Origin: Nitrospinaceae bacterium
GTDB lineage: Bacteria; Nitrospinota; Nitrospinia; Nitrospinales; VA-1
DNA length: 64,000 nt
Assembly: GCA_029261455.1 (NCBI GenBank)
Contig: JAJDBH010000210.1
Coordinates: 136-64,135, forward strand
Reading direction: 5' to 3'
In this document: in pieces, positions 10,118-20,203 of the stretch
How positions within the stretch are numbered: the first letter of the stretch is position 1
Layout: each line of letters opens with the position of its first letter
Translations under genes and position numbers: made by a program
Notes under the pieces: generated by a model
Seen by the model: only the letters and a program-made list of their open reading frames with translations
Database searches by the model: none
What the model was told of the DNA's origin: nothing

Positions 10118-10708
10118 ATGCAGACTGAAATTATAGCCCTGTGTCTGGCCGCCTATTTGATCGGCTCCATCCCTTTCGGCGTTTTGATGGCACGAGCGCA
10201 GAACCTGAATATCCGTGAACACGGTAGCGGTAATATAGGCGCCACCAACGTGGCCCGAGTGATGGGTAAAAAGGCCGGGCTGCTGACCCTTTTGGGAGAT
10301 GTGCTAAAAGGAGCCATCGTTGTTTTTGGTGCCGCATCGCTATATGAAAAGCCAATGCTGATCGCACTGACCGGACTCATGGTTTTTCTCGGTCACCTCT
10401 TCTCCATTTTTCTCAAGTTCAAGGGTGGCAAAGGGGTCGCAACCAGCTTAGGCCTGTTTTCATATATCATGCCCTGGGCTACTCTGTGTTCAGTGGGTGT
10501 GTTTTCTATCTGCCTGTGGGTTTCAGGCTATGTTTCTATAAGTTCTATCATGGCGGCAGTATCCCTGCCCCTATTTGCCATTTTTTTTAAACTGCCACTT
10601 CCCTATATTTATCTTGCGGGTATTGTCGGTCTACTCACCGTGCAAAGGCATTACGGCAACATTCTTCGCCTGATCAAAGGGACCGAAACGAAGTTTATTA
10701 AAAAATAG
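10118..10708 (+). CDS. plsY: Glycerol-3-phosphate acyltransferase PlsY
   Basis: GSGNIGATNVAR, FKGGKGVAT, HYGNILRL. Confidence 0.95.
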   Translation: MQTEIIALCLAAYLIGSIPFGVLMARAQNLNIREHGSGNIGATNVARVMGKKAGLLTLLGDVLKGAIVVFGAASLYEKPMLIALTGLMVFLGHLFSIFLKFKGGKGVATSLGLFSYIMPWATLCSVGVFSICLWVSGYVSISSIMAAVSLPLFAIFFKLPLPYIYLAGIVGLLTVQRHYGNILRLIKGTETKFIKK

Positions 10709-10774
10709 AATTTGACAATTTCAGTTGAAGAAATATAATTGGTCTCGGGTCTTCCATCCCATACAAAAATATAA

Positions 10775-10849
<75 letters not shown>

Positions 10850-10875
10850 TTTTTTCTATAATCACAATTAAGCAG

Positions 10876-10949
10876 GGCGCCGTCGCCAAGTGGTAAGGCA
10901 GAGGTCTGCAAAATCTCTATCGGCGGTTCGAGTCCGCCCGGCGCCTCCA
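10876..10949 (+). tRNA. tRNA-Cys (GCA)
   Basis: GGCGCCG/CGGCGCC acceptor stem, CTGCAAA loop, GGTTCGAGT, U73, CCA. Confidence 0.97.
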
Positions 10950-11100
10950 TTTCTCCTCTGTTCTCCCCCAGCGACGCCAAACAATTCACACCACAGATTT
11001 ACAACGCAAAAAATATTTATTAGTAAGCTGACGCCATACTCCCTACAATGGAAGAGTTACCATAATAAATATTAGCTCTTAGAAAAGGTTCTTCCGCTTC

Positions 11101-12036
11101 ATGATTGACGCTGAATTCCTGCACAATCCGCACGACAAAGGCATGTTTTGCCACTGCCCTTCGATTCTGGAAACTCTGTCAGGCACCTTAATGGCTGTCT
11201 GGTACGTTTATCCAGAAGACGAGTATGCTGGTGCCACTCTGGCCTGTGCTAAAAAACCAAAAGGCCAAAACACATGGAGCGTGAGTGAATCTATTCTGGG
11301 CACCTCAAAATATTCCGTTGGTAATCCAGTGCTTTTTCAAGATCCTAGCGGGCGCATTCACCTGCTTTATGTGGCGCTGAAGGGGAGCTATTGGAACGAT
11401 GCCTACCTGCAGGGGGTCTGGTCTGATGACGAGGGTCAAACCTGGTCCAACCCCATTCAGCTATGGCGAAACTCTGGAATGATGGTCCGGCATCCACCGG
11501 TCTTGCTCGATTCAGGTTTATTTTTGCTACCCGCATACGATGAAAAAACCCGACAAACTGTCCTGCTTTCCAGCAAATCACCTTACTCTAAATGGCAAGA
11601 GGCCTATCGTTTCGAAGAACCTGAACTCATTCAACCTGCCATCGTTAAAGAAAATGGGTTAACTTTGGTTTTCAGGCCATCGACAGATCCTCGAAAAATC
11701 AGCTTAAGCCATTCATCAGATCAGGGAAAGACATGGTCTCAACCTGAGACCACCTCTTTACCCAACCCTTTATCTGGAGTTTCCGCCTTTTCGGCTAATA
11801 ATAATCTTGTGGTGATCTATAACCATACGGAAGAACATCAACGCTGGCCGCTTAGCGCATCATGGAAGCGAAACGGAAGCAATTCCTGGGGAAAGGTTCT
11901 ACATATCGAACCGGTTCAACTGGAAGTTTCATACCCCAGCTTTATTTTAGGGAATAACAACCTGGTGCACGGTGTCTATACCTATAACCGCCGCATGATT
12001 AAATATGTCAAGTTCGGTGAGGATACCTTTAAATAA
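11101..12036 (+). CDS. BNR/Asp-box sialidase-like beta-propeller protein
   Basis: Asp boxes SDDEGQTW and SSDQGKTW, GNPVLF, LPNPLSG, SYPS; no signal peptide. Confidence 0.85.
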   Translation: MIDAEFLHNPHDKGMFCHCPSILETLSGTLMAVWYVYPEDEYAGATLACAKKPKGQNTWSVSESILGTSKYSVGNPVLFQDPSGRIHLLYVALKGSYWNDAYLQGVWSDDEGQTWSNPIQLWRNSGMMVRHPPVLLDSGLFLLPAYDEKTRQTVLLSSKSPYSKWQEAYRFEEPELIQPAIVKENGLTLVFRPSTDPRKISLSHSSDQGKTWSQPETTSLPNPLSGVSAFSANNNLVVIYNHTEEHQRWPLSASWKRNGSNSWGKVLHIEPVQLEVSYPSFILGNNNLVHGVYTYNRRMIKYVKFGEDTFK

Positions 12037-12040
12037 TATT

Positions 12041-12643
12041 ATGGAACAGATCTCCGATTACAAAAACCTGCATCAGGGAAAAAATCTATTCATCCTCGCT
12101 TCTGGACCTTCTCTGGCAGACCTGGATCTTTCTTTATTGAAAAACAAAATCGTGATGGGACTAAATCGTTCCACTCTGGTTTACCCAGCCCCCTATTACC
12201 AATGTGTTTTCGATTACCGCCTTTTTGATCTTTATCTTAACGATTACCAAAAGGTCCGTCAGTTATTCACCCTTGAAGGGCGACCTCTGGGGTTGACCTT
12301 AAAACTGCTCGGAGGAGAAGGCTTCAGCACAGATCTTGAAGAAGGAGTTTATTCCGGCTACACCATTTCCTATTTCGCTCTGCAAGTCGCGGCGTATATG
12401 GGGTTCAATAAAATATTTTTTCTAGGTCTGGATTTGAAACACGATGGCCCTAAAACACATTTCTTTGGTCAGGACCCGCAAACCGTGAACCACGAGCAAA
12501 CCGAGTTCCCTAGAATGCTAAAAATGCTCAATTTTGGGGCAGATTTTTTAATTTCAAAAGACATCGAGGTTTATAATTGTAGTCCCTTATCCACTCTAGA
12601 GTGTTTTCCCAAAATAAGTTTCTCAGAGGCTCTGGCTTTTTAA
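12041..12643 (+). CDS. DUF115 / MAF_flag10-like (glycosyltransferase-related) protein
   Basis: ILASGPSL, ALQVAAYMGFNKIFFLGLD, VYNCS. Confidence 0.75.
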   Translation: MEQISDYKNLHQGKNLFILASGPSLADLDLSLLKNKIVMGLNRSTLVYPAPYYQCVFDYRLFDLYLNDYQKVRQLFTLEGRPLGLTLKLLGGEGFSTDLEEGVYSGYTISYFALQVAAYMGFNKIFFLGLDLKHDGPKTHFFGQDPQTVNHEQTEFPRMLKMLNFGADFLISKDIEVYNCSPLSTLECFPKISFSEALAF

Positions 12644-12825
12644 ACCTGTTTCTCCGACTTCTATCACGTCCCCACGCTGTCCCTTACTTCATCAGCTTTT
12701 GCCTTCTAACATATTAACAACCCCACTATAAAAATCTCTCCTTCGAGTCTGCCACTTTCTTAAATCACCTTAAGCCTGGAAAAAAGACAATTTTCTTCAG
12801 ATTTCACTGTTTCGCAAAATCAAAG

Positions 12826-12854
12826 CTAAAGCTCTTTAGAAATTCTGCCGAAAA
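12826..12854 (+). promoter_or_regulatory. Putative sigma-28 (FliA/SigD) promoter
   Basis: CTAAA-N16-GCCGAAAA, about 55 bp upstream of a PilZ gene. Confidence 0.5.
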
Positions 12855-12908
12855 TTACTGAAACGAGTCTTATATGATCCAGCAATTGGTGAAAGGAAGG
12901 TTTATCTG

Positions 12909-13454
12909 ATGGTAAGCAAGTTTGATTCAAGCATAAAATCAAAGCCGGTATACAAGCCTATTGAACGTTGGCTGAAGAAGATTTTTCGCTGGAAATCCAA
13001 AGAAATGCCTGTCGACGCCAATGTGGATCGAAGAGACTTTTACCGCTTTGTAACAGATAGCCGGAGTCCTTTGGACCTTTGTCTTACCATGCAGGATGAA
13101 CGGGTATTTTGTACAAACATTGATGATTTGAGTGCAAGTGGTTTCGGTTGCCACATCAAAGGTCTCGCTCGGATTCATGGCAAACAACCCATCACGGCCT
13201 TATTTGTTCTGCCCCTGGAAGAGCCTCGTATCATCAAATCGGAAGTTTTTCTGGTTTCAGTAGTAAAAGGAAATAATAATAATGATGAAGGGGATCTTTT
13301 TCGGTTCCGCTTTTCTGAAGAAATAAAAGACAGTGAACGCGATTTGATACACAGGTATATCGTGCTGAAACAATTTGAAGCTCTTGAAAGAGAAAGACAG
13401 GAAAACTCAACAGAATACGACGATGAATACTCGGACGATTTAACCGGGGATTAA
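12909..13454 (+). CDS. PilZ domain c-di-GMP receptor
   Basis: RRDFYR (RxxxR) and DLSASG (DxSxxG). Confidence 0.85.
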   Translation: MVSKFDSSIKSKPVYKPIERWLKKIFRWKSKEMPVDANVDRRDFYRFVTDSRSPLDLCLTMQDERVFCTNIDDLSASGFGCHIKGLARIHGKQPITALFVLPLEEPRIIKSEVFLVSVVKGNNNNDEGDLFRFRFSEEIKDSERDLIHRYIVLKQFEALERERQENSTEYDDEYSDDLTGD

Positions 13455-14390
13455 CGCATCGACAAATTTCTCCGGAATAAATTCCTGCAAATCTTCTGGT
13501 TTTTCACCCACGCCTACAAACCGAATAGGAAGTTTCAGTTCACCCGTCACATTGAAAAGGACCCCTCCTTTTGCCGTTCCATCCAATTTGGTCATCACCA
13601 AACCATCCACTTCCAAAGCTTCATTAAATAGTCGCGCTTGAGAAATGCTGTTTTGCCCAATGGTTCCATCCAACACTAACAAGGTTTCATGAGGCGCTCC
13701 CGGCAAGATTTTCCCTATCACCCGTTTAACTTTTTTTAATTCTTCCATCAGGTTAGTGTTGGTTTGCAACCGCCCAGCTGTATCAATGATAACCAGGTCC
13801 ATCCCACGGGCCACAGCAGCCTGGACCGCATCGTAAGCAACCGCTGAAGGATCAGCACCGCTCTTCTGAATGATGCAAGGGATGTCCGACTTCTCTGCCC
13901 AAGCTTGCAACTGTTCAATAGCCGCCGCCCTGAAGGTATCTCCAGCCGCCAGCAAAACTTTTTTGCCCTCCTGTTTCCAGTGTCGGGCCAGTTTCCCGAT
14001 GGTAGTGGTTTTACCTGAACCATTCACTCCAATAACCAGTATCACAAAGGGATTGTGTTCCGAGAATGCCAGAGGCTTTTGATGCTGCGACAAGACTTGG
14101 ACCATGCGCTGCTTTAATTGTGCCAAAACCTCCTTATTTTCACGGATCCGGTTCTGGGAAACTTCACGCTTCAGGTCTTCTAGGATATATGAAGTGGCCT
14201 GCATACCCACATCAGCAATGAGGAGGGTTTCCTCAAGCTCTTCCAGTAGCTCGGGACCAACTTTTGCTTTGCCATGAACAATGTTATCAAAACCTCCCGC
14301 AAGGTTTGAGCGAGTCTTGGCCAACCCAGATTTCAGTCGAGCGAAAAACCCTGATTTAGAGTCACTTTCTGCCCCTGATTCGTCAGCCAT
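13440..14390 (-). CDS. ftsY: Signal recognition particle receptor FtsY
   Basis: GVNGSGKTTT, DTFRAAA, DTAGR, TKLDGTAKGG. Confidence 0.97.
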   Translation of the reverse strand: MADESGAESDSKSGFFARLKSGLAKTRSNLAGGFDNIVHGKAKVGPELLEELEETLLIADVGMQATSYILEDLKREVSQNRIRENKEVLAQLKQRMVQVLSQHQKPLAFSEHNPFVILVIGVNGSGKTTTIGKLARHWKQEGKKVLLAAGDTFRAAAIEQLQAWAEKSDIPCIIQKSGADPSAVAYDAVQAAVARGMDLVIIDTAGRLQTNTNLMEELKKVKRVIGKILPGAPHETLLVLDGTIGQNSISQARLFNEALEVDGLVMTKLDGTAKGGVLFNVTGELKLPIRFVGVGEKPEDLQEFIPEKFVDALIPG

Positions 14391-14788
14391 TCTTTTCTCC
14401 TTTGAGAGGATTATTGATTTTTGTCTTCAAAATTGAAGGCGTGGAGAGCTAATCTGCAATAGACTCTAAACTACTAAAAACCCGTTTTCCCAAGTATATC
14501 GAGTCTATGCTCATTGCTGTGGGTTGGTATCTTTACAAGTCCACCAACTCTTGTCAAGATGAATCCCAAGAGACAAAAGGTCTTCTCTCAGCCACACATA
14601 ATCTTCAGCAGATCTATTGGCAAAACTCCACCAAGGCCTTTATTGTTAAAGTTTTAATTGATTTCAGCCGTTATGAGCTTTAGACTCTTTTCGTCAGGTA
14701 TACCCATTTCCGGTTCCTGGAAAAGAGCCTGTAGCATCGTACTATTGAACCTATAATAAAAATATCGTACGCCCTGTAGAGGAAATCT

Positions 14789-16576
14789 ATGAAAGTAGCC
14801 GTTTGTAATTCTGTTGGAATTGACGCCGACGGGTATGCCATGATCCACTCCCCCAGTCGCTGGACCAACAGCACCAAAGACCACAACATTTTCACTTATT
14901 ATCCTTGGCAGTTGGCTTATTGCTCGTCCATCCTGAAACGGGACACCGACCATGAAGTCAAATTTTTTGATGGCTGTCTGGAAAAATGGGACCATGACAC
15001 ATTTGTTGAAAAAGTCTCCGAGTTTGGCCCGGATTATCTGGTCATGGACTGCGCCACACGTACCATTGACGCCGATAGCCGATTCGGTAAAGAAATTAAA
15101 AAAAGGTTTGGGACAAAGCTGATTTTCTGCGGACCTCATCCCACCACTTTTCCCGAAGAAGTGAGCGAATACGCCGACCATGTCATCCTGCGGGAATATG
15201 AAATGGTTGTTCTTGATATCCTTCAAGGCAAAGACCTTGCCTCCATTATGGGTCTGTGGCCCAACTCCAACATCAGGCCTCCGCTTGATGTGAACAATTT
15301 GCCACTTCCAGAAGATGATGATGTCTCACGCTTGCAATATGGAATGCCGGGCGAACCTTCCAGTGAATATTTGGAAATACAGGCGTATGCCTCTAGAGGC
15401 TGCCCCTTGTCCTGCACCTTCTGCGTGTGCGGAAACATCTCATATCAACGTCCTAACTGGCGGCCAAGAAACCCGGAAAATGTAGTCTACGAATTACATA
15501 ACTTGCGCGCCAAGTATCCGAATTTGGAAGGTATCTTTTTTGACGAAGAGGTTCATAACGGAAGCAAAAAATATATCCTCGAGCTGACCAAAGCAATCCG
15601 CGACAACGGACTCGATGACCTGAAATATGATGTCATGTGCGGTCAGTGGCCCATGGATGAAGAAGTTCTCGATAACATGAAAGGTGCTGGCTATTACATG
15701 GTTCGGCTAGGAATAGAGACCGCCGGCGAGCACGCGGCGAAGGGAATGGAACTGCAGAGAAAATTCAATGTTCCCAAACTCAAACAACTCATGAAACATG
15801 GCACTAGTATCGGCCTGAAATTCTATGGCACTTTCACTTTCGGAGGAGAAGGTTCCACCGATGATTGCGATAAAAAAACTCTCGATCTCATTCATGAACT
15901 TCTTGATCGCGGTTTGTTGTGGAGGTTTCAGCTTTCTATCAGCACTCCGCAACCGGGTACCCCATTCTTCAATCGCATGAAGGAACAGGGTTACCTTCAG
16001 GATATGGATTGGAAGCATTTTGATGGAGGAAACCATGTCGTGGTAAACCGCCCGGAATACCCGGCTGATAAAATCATGGCCAACTTCCGAGCTGCTGAGA
16101 AGCTGTATGAAATAGGTTTCAACCAACGCTACAATGCCACTGCCAAGGATAATTTTAAAAACCTGGAACTCAATTCCAATGGCGAGATTCTTATTTTCCG
16201 CAGTTCGAGGATGAAACAGATCAACGATGTTGTGGACTCCGTCCATAATCAGTTCAAGAAGCACGTGACGGTTCTCGCGCAACCCGGCGTAGAGCAGGAG
16301 TTGAGGAAAAACCCACATGTAAATGAAGTCATCCTTTACGGAGACTCGCATTTCAACCAGAAAACGTTCCCTGACAGTTTAATGGGACAGCTGAAAAAGA
16401 AATCGTTTTCACTGGGCGTGATTCCTTTTAATAATATATCCGGAAACGGCTACTCCGAAGTCAAAGCCATTGCAAAACGTTCTGGAATCAAAAAACTGGT
16501 CGCCGTCAATGTCGAGGGCAAAGTGTTTGACCTGGAAAACCCAGGTGACTTTGGCCGCGCACATATTCCCGGTTAA
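14789..16576 (+). CDS. B12-binding radical SAM protein (HpnJ-like N-terminus) with C-terminal GT9-like half domain
   Basis: SRW..YYPWQLAY, SRGCPLSCTFC, FFDEE, GIET, TPQPGTPF. Confidence 0.88.
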   Translation: MKVAVCNSVGIDADGYAMIHSPSRWTNSTKDHNIFTYYPWQLAYCSSILKRDTDHEVKFFDGCLEKWDHDTFVEKVSEFGPDYLVMDCATRTIDADSRFGKEIKKRFGTKLIFCGPHPTTFPEEVSEYADHVILREYEMVVLDILQGKDLASIMGLWPNSNIRPPLDVNNLPLPEDDDVSRLQYGMPGEPSSEYLEIQAYASRGCPLSCTFCVCGNISYQRPNWRPRNPENVVYELHNLRAKYPNLEGIFFDEEVHNGSKKYILELTKAIRDNGLDDLKYDVMCGQWPMDEEVLDNMKGAGYYMVRLGIETAGEHAAKGMELQRKFNVPKLKQLMKHGTSIGLKFYGTFTFGGEGSTDDCDKKTLDLIHELLDRGLLWRFQLSISTPQPGTPFFNRMKEQGYLQDMDWKHFDGGNHVVVNRPEYPADKIMANFRAAEKLYEIGFNQRYNATAKDNFKNLELNSNGEILIFRSSRMKQINDVVDSVHNQFKKHVTVLAQPGVEQELRKNPHVNEVILYGDSHFNQKTFPDSLMGQLKKKSFSLGVIPFNNISGNGYSEVKAIAKRSGIKKLVAVNVEGKVFDLENPGDFGRAHIPG

Positions 16577-16579
16577 TCA

Positions 16580-17167
16580 ATGGAGGCAAAGGACAGCCAA
16601 GTGAATATACTGGTTATTCGTTCCGCCACGCGGATTCTAAATCAGACCCTGCTTTCTCTAAGAGAAGAGTTTCCGGACTGCAAGATCACTGTTTTGGTTC
16701 CGCAATCAGCCCAGGAAGCAGTCGCACAAGACCCCCTTGTGAATGAGGTTCTCACCATCCCAGATCAACGCAGGATGGGTATTGCTAGCTACGGCAAGGC
16801 AAACATCACTCGTCTGCAAGAAAGAAAGTTTGATCTTGCGATTGCTCTTTACAATATTGACCACGGATTGGGTTACGCAAATATTGATCGCTTAGCCTGT
16901 GCCGCCAAGGCCAAAGAAGTACGAGGCTATAATCCTAAAGGTGCTTTCGTAAAAATGGACTCTGCCAAGGCAATGCGCAAATCCATTATGGAGAAAACCA
17001 CTTTTTTCTGGCTGGCAATCAATTATGCCGCCACGGCCCTGCTTTGTTTCATCATTACTCTGGCATTGATCGGAGAATGGGGAGTCCGCAAACTGTTCGG
17101 TGCTTTTTCTCCCAAGCCTTACCAACCTCCAGTGCGGGAACCCAATAAAGCGGTCACGCAATCCTGA
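16580..17167 (+). CDS. GT9-like N-terminal-domain protein with C-terminal TM helix
   Basis: ILVIRS...FPDCKITVLV...DPLVNEVL...LQERKFDLAI resembles the heptosyltransferase N-domain. Confidence 0.65.
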   Translation: MEAKDSQVNILVIRSATRILNQTLLSLREEFPDCKITVLVPQSAQEAVAQDPLVNEVLTIPDQRRMGIASYGKANITRLQERKFDLAIALYNIDHGLGYANIDRLACAAKAKEVRGYNPKGAFVKMDSAKAMRKSIMEKTTFFWLAINYAATALLCFIITLALIGEWGVRKLFGAFSPKPYQPPVREPNKAVTQS

Positions 17168-18930
17168 TGAAAACCAAGAACATCATTGTCGCCAATTCTG
17201 TTGGAGTCGACCGAGATGGTTACCACATGGTCCATGTTCCTTCACGCTGGTCTCTAGGTGTGAAGAACTTCACCAATTGCGGGTATTACCCTTGGGAGCT
17301 GGCTTACACTTCTTCACTATTGAAGCGAGAGACCAACCATCACGTGAAGTTCATGGATGGTGTGCTTAATGGATGGGATTTTGAAACCTATTTCAAGCAT
17401 GCCAGTGCAGAAAAACCCGATTGGCTCATCATGGAAAGCTCGACGCGCACAATCCGTGAAGACCTGCGTCTTGCCTCTGCACTCAAGGAAACTTTTGGGA
17501 CGAAACTGATATTCACGGGTCAACACCCTATGGCTCATCCCGAAGATGTTCTTAAAGTCGCGGACCACGTTTGCATCGGTGAATATGAATTTACAGTTCT
17601 CGATCTGATTCAAGGAAAAGACTCAAAGAAACTCACTGGCGTTCACCCGAATGCCCGAGGCGAACTGATCGACATCAATGCTCTGCCTTTCCCAGAAGAT
17701 GATGATATAAGCCGTATTGATTATCACGAACCCAACTGCAGATACAAACAGATTCAGATGTACGGATCTAGAGGTTGCCCGCGCCGTTGTAATTTCTGCG
17801 CTGCCGCAACACTCTATTACGATGAGTTGAACTGGCGCCCGAGAAATGTTGATAACGTGGTTGAAGAAATCCGCACCTTGCACGAGAAATACCCGGAAAT
17901 GGAAGGCGTGTTCTTCGACGAAGAAGTCCACAACATAAAAAGAAGTTTCAATATCTCACTTGCTAAATCCATTCGCTCTGCTGGGCTGGACCACCTCAAA
18001 TACGAAGCCATGTGCGAATACGCTTCTCTGGATGAAGAAGCTCTGGAAGAAATGCGCTCAGCGGGATATTACAAAATCCGTTTTGGGATTGAAACCGGGA
18101 GTGACAAGGTCGCTGAAAAAATGACCCTCGGCAAGAAACACGATCTTAATAAACTTCGCACAATGGTTAAATTTGGCAAAAGCCTGGGCATGCTGTTTTA
18201 CGGAACCATAAGCATTGGCGGACTTGGCTCCAGTCGCGAAGAAGATCAAAAAACAGTGGATCTAGTTTATGAAATGGCATCTCAAGGATGGCTCGATGAA
18301 ATACAGGTTTCTATCAACACTCCTCAGCCGGGAACCGATTTTTATAATTCCTGCGTAGACGAATCCCTACTGTCACCCTCGACAGACTGGGAAGGGTTCG
18401 ATGGCAACGGTCAGGTTGTGGTCCACTACCCGCATTATCCTGCGGAGGAAATCCAGACGAACTTTAACAAGGCTCTATCCGCTTTTGATCTGGGAAAAGA
18501 ACAGGTTCAATCAAAAACTTTTTCAAACAATGCCAAGTCTTCATTCAATATAATTCCTGATGGGTCAAGGATTTTGGTACTCAGAAATGTCAGAAACTGG
18601 ATGATTCGCCTTATCCTGGAAAATTTAAACACAAAGGCACAGGTCGATCTTTTGGGACAGGATGTTTCTGCCAAAGATATGGAGGATATGGACGGGTTGA
18701 ATCAAGTCTATTCTTACGGAACAGGATTCTTTTCAGCCGAATCGATTTCTACCGACTTGATAGAGCAACTCGAGAACCAACATTACGATTTTGTTCTGAT
18801 CCCCGTTGCCAACAATCACCTGCAAGGTTATCAAAATGTTTTGGATGTCGCACAAATGATCGCGCCCGAAGAAATCTTATACGTCTACCCCGAAGGCCAC
18901 CTGCAACCTGTCTCACCCGTAACAATTTAA
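17167..18930 (+). CDS. B12-binding radical SAM protein, paralog of 14789-16576
   Basis: SRW..YYPWELAY, SRGCPRRCNFC, FFDEEVHN, GIETG, TPQPGTDF. Confidence 0.88.
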   Translation: MKTKNIIVANSVGVDRDGYHMVHVPSRWSLGVKNFTNCGYYPWELAYTSSLLKRETNHHVKFMDGVLNGWDFETYFKHASAEKPDWLIMESSTRTIREDLRLASALKETFGTKLIFTGQHPMAHPEDVLKVADHVCIGEYEFTVLDLIQGKDSKKLTGVHPNARGELIDINALPFPEDDDISRIDYHEPNCRYKQIQMYGSRGCPRRCNFCAAATLYYDELNWRPRNVDNVVEEIRTLHEKYPEMEGVFFDEEVHNIKRSFNISLAKSIRSAGLDHLKYEAMCEYASLDEEALEEMRSAGYYKIRFGIETGSDKVAEKMTLGKKHDLNKLRTMVKFGKSLGMLFYGTISIGGLGSSREEDQKTVDLVYEMASQGWLDEIQVSINTPQPGTDFYNSCVDESLLSPSTDWEGFDGNGQVVVHYPHYPAEEIQTNFNKALSAFDLGKEQVQSKTFSNNAKSSFNIIPDGSRILVLRNVRNWMIRLILENLNTKAQVDLLGQDVSAKDMEDMDGLNQVYSYGTGFFSAESISTDLIEQLENQHYDFVLIPVANNHLQGYQNVLDVAQMIAPEEILYVYPEGHLQPVSPVTI

Positions 18931-19010
18931 CCACTCGGCGTGGGGACTACTGCAATAACTCTATCTGCTAGCAACAATTTATCTCGGCTTGAAAACGCTT
19001 GTTATTTGCC
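18931..19010 (+). repeat. Dispersed ~80-bp repeat, copy 2
   Basis: CCACTCGGCGTGGGG...GCAATA...TCTCGGCTT directly after a TAA stop. Confidence 0.8.
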
Positions 19011-19122
19011 ACCCTCGCTAGAGGGCACTCTGCGCCAGCGTGACGCTGGACTCAGAGTATCATCTAATTATATTTTTCCAGCAGTAGAAAGAATAATTAG
19101 TAACTTACCGCCAATAGTGAAC

Positions 19123-19146
19123 TTGCCCCTTATATTGCCCCTTATA
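19123..19146 (+). repeat. Perfect tandem 12-mer TTGCCCCTTATA x2
   Basis: Exact direct repeat, 19123-19134 and 19135-19146. Confidence 0.8.
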
Positions 19147-19233
19147 CATAAACTTATCACCAAAGTTAGATCAACGATTTAAACATATCAGGAAACCCTT
19201 TTTATGATTAATTTCGAAAAAAGATAAGTTAAA

Positions 19234-19467
19234 ATGGTTCGCCACGCTAACATAGAACCTCATAATTCCTATAATACAAATGAGGTTTCGGAAATACTTG
19301 GGACAAGCGAGAAAACCGTTGAGCGCATGACAGAGGAGTTTGAGATTTTAGTTGGAGAGCCTAAGCCGGTTACGCTTCAAGGGTTTATAGTCAGGAAGAA
19401 CAAAAAGGTTTCCCATGACGAGCTAGTATCTTTTCTTGAAAGAGGAGCTAAGGCGATTTGTGAGTGA
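19234..19467 (+). CDS. Small HTH (excisionase/MerR-like) DNA-binding protein
   Basis: YNTNEVSEILGTSEKTVERM resembles an HTH_17 helix-turn-helix. Confidence 0.6.
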   Translation: MVRHANIEPHNSYNTNEVSEILGTSEKTVERMTEEFEILVGEPKPVTLQGFIVRKNKKVSHDELVSFLERGAKAICE

Positions 19468-20203
19468 TGAAAAAGAAATGACCAAGAAGGAAGAAAAAGC
19501 TGTTCGCTGGGCATATAAGTTGACAATTGCTTACTTCGTCGCGGTCTTGTTGATTGCTTTTGCTAATTGGCTAGTAGGCCCTCACGCCAGAGTAAATTTG
19601 AATGAACTGGGTGATTTCTTTGCTGGAGCCATGTCTCCACTTGCAGTATTTTGGCTCGTCATGGTTTATCTACAACAAAGGAAGGAAATGAGAGAACAGG
19701 TCAGGCAGACTCAAGAGATTGCAGTCGCCACAAGAAAACAAGTTGAAATAATAGATGAACAATTCCACAAACTACATGAACCTTTATTTGTTTTTGTGGA
19801 AGATCAGTCCAAGGCTGATGGAAGCGAAGTTCAATTTAAAGTTTTAGCTAAAAACATTGGTGGAGTAGCTAAAAACCTATGGGGTGTTGGTCCTAAAGAT
19901 ACAAAGATAATTTTTCAGGATTTTGAAACTGCTATTCAAGGCCAGACAGGGCTTAAACTCCGTATAAGATTCAAGGATACAGTTTTCATTGAAAAGGGCT
20001 GCCAATTTACAATTTCATTTACCCTTGAACTTTTAAATGATGATGAAAAAAACAAACCTTATCCATTTGAAATTCATTATGAAGATTCTCTAGGAAGAGT
20101 TTTTATTCAAAACTGCAAATATGCGTATACAAAGCAACAGTTAAAACCGGATCTTTTCTTCGTGGGCAGGGCACAGTTGCAAAACACAAGGTCCAACCTT
20201 TAA
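19460..20203 (+). CDS. Hypothetical 2-TM membrane protein
   Basis: LNELGDFFAGAMSPLAVFWLV..YLQQRKE motif; GTG start behind AGGAG, overlapping the upstream stop. Confidence 0.7.
   Translation: MSDEKEMTKKEEKAVRWAYKLTIAYFVAVLLIAFANWLVGPHARVNLNELGDFFAGAMSPLAVFWLVMVYLQQRKEMREQVRQTQEIAVATRKQVEIIDEQFHKLHEPLFVFVEDQSKADGSEVQFKVLAKNIGGVAKNLWGVGPKDTKIIFQDFETAIQGQTGLKLRIRFKDTVFIEKGCQFTISFTLELLNDDEKNKPYPFEIHYEDSLGRVFIQNCKYAYTKQQLKPDLFFVGRAQLQNTRSNL

Noticed and set aside
10949..12700. tRNA-anchored genomic island
   Set aside because: No integrase and no duplicated tRNA 3' end were seen downstream in the window.
18924..19010. Integron attC site or CRISPR repeat for the dispersed repeat
   Set aside because: Only one copy has RYYYAAC, there is no matching GTTRRRY end or integrase, and the copies are kilobases apart with no spacers or cas genes.
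18940..19182. 80-aa ORF after the radical SAM gene, and the similar ORF at 30846-31064
   Set aside because: Both begin inside the dispersed repeat, have no RBS and show no protein-like features.
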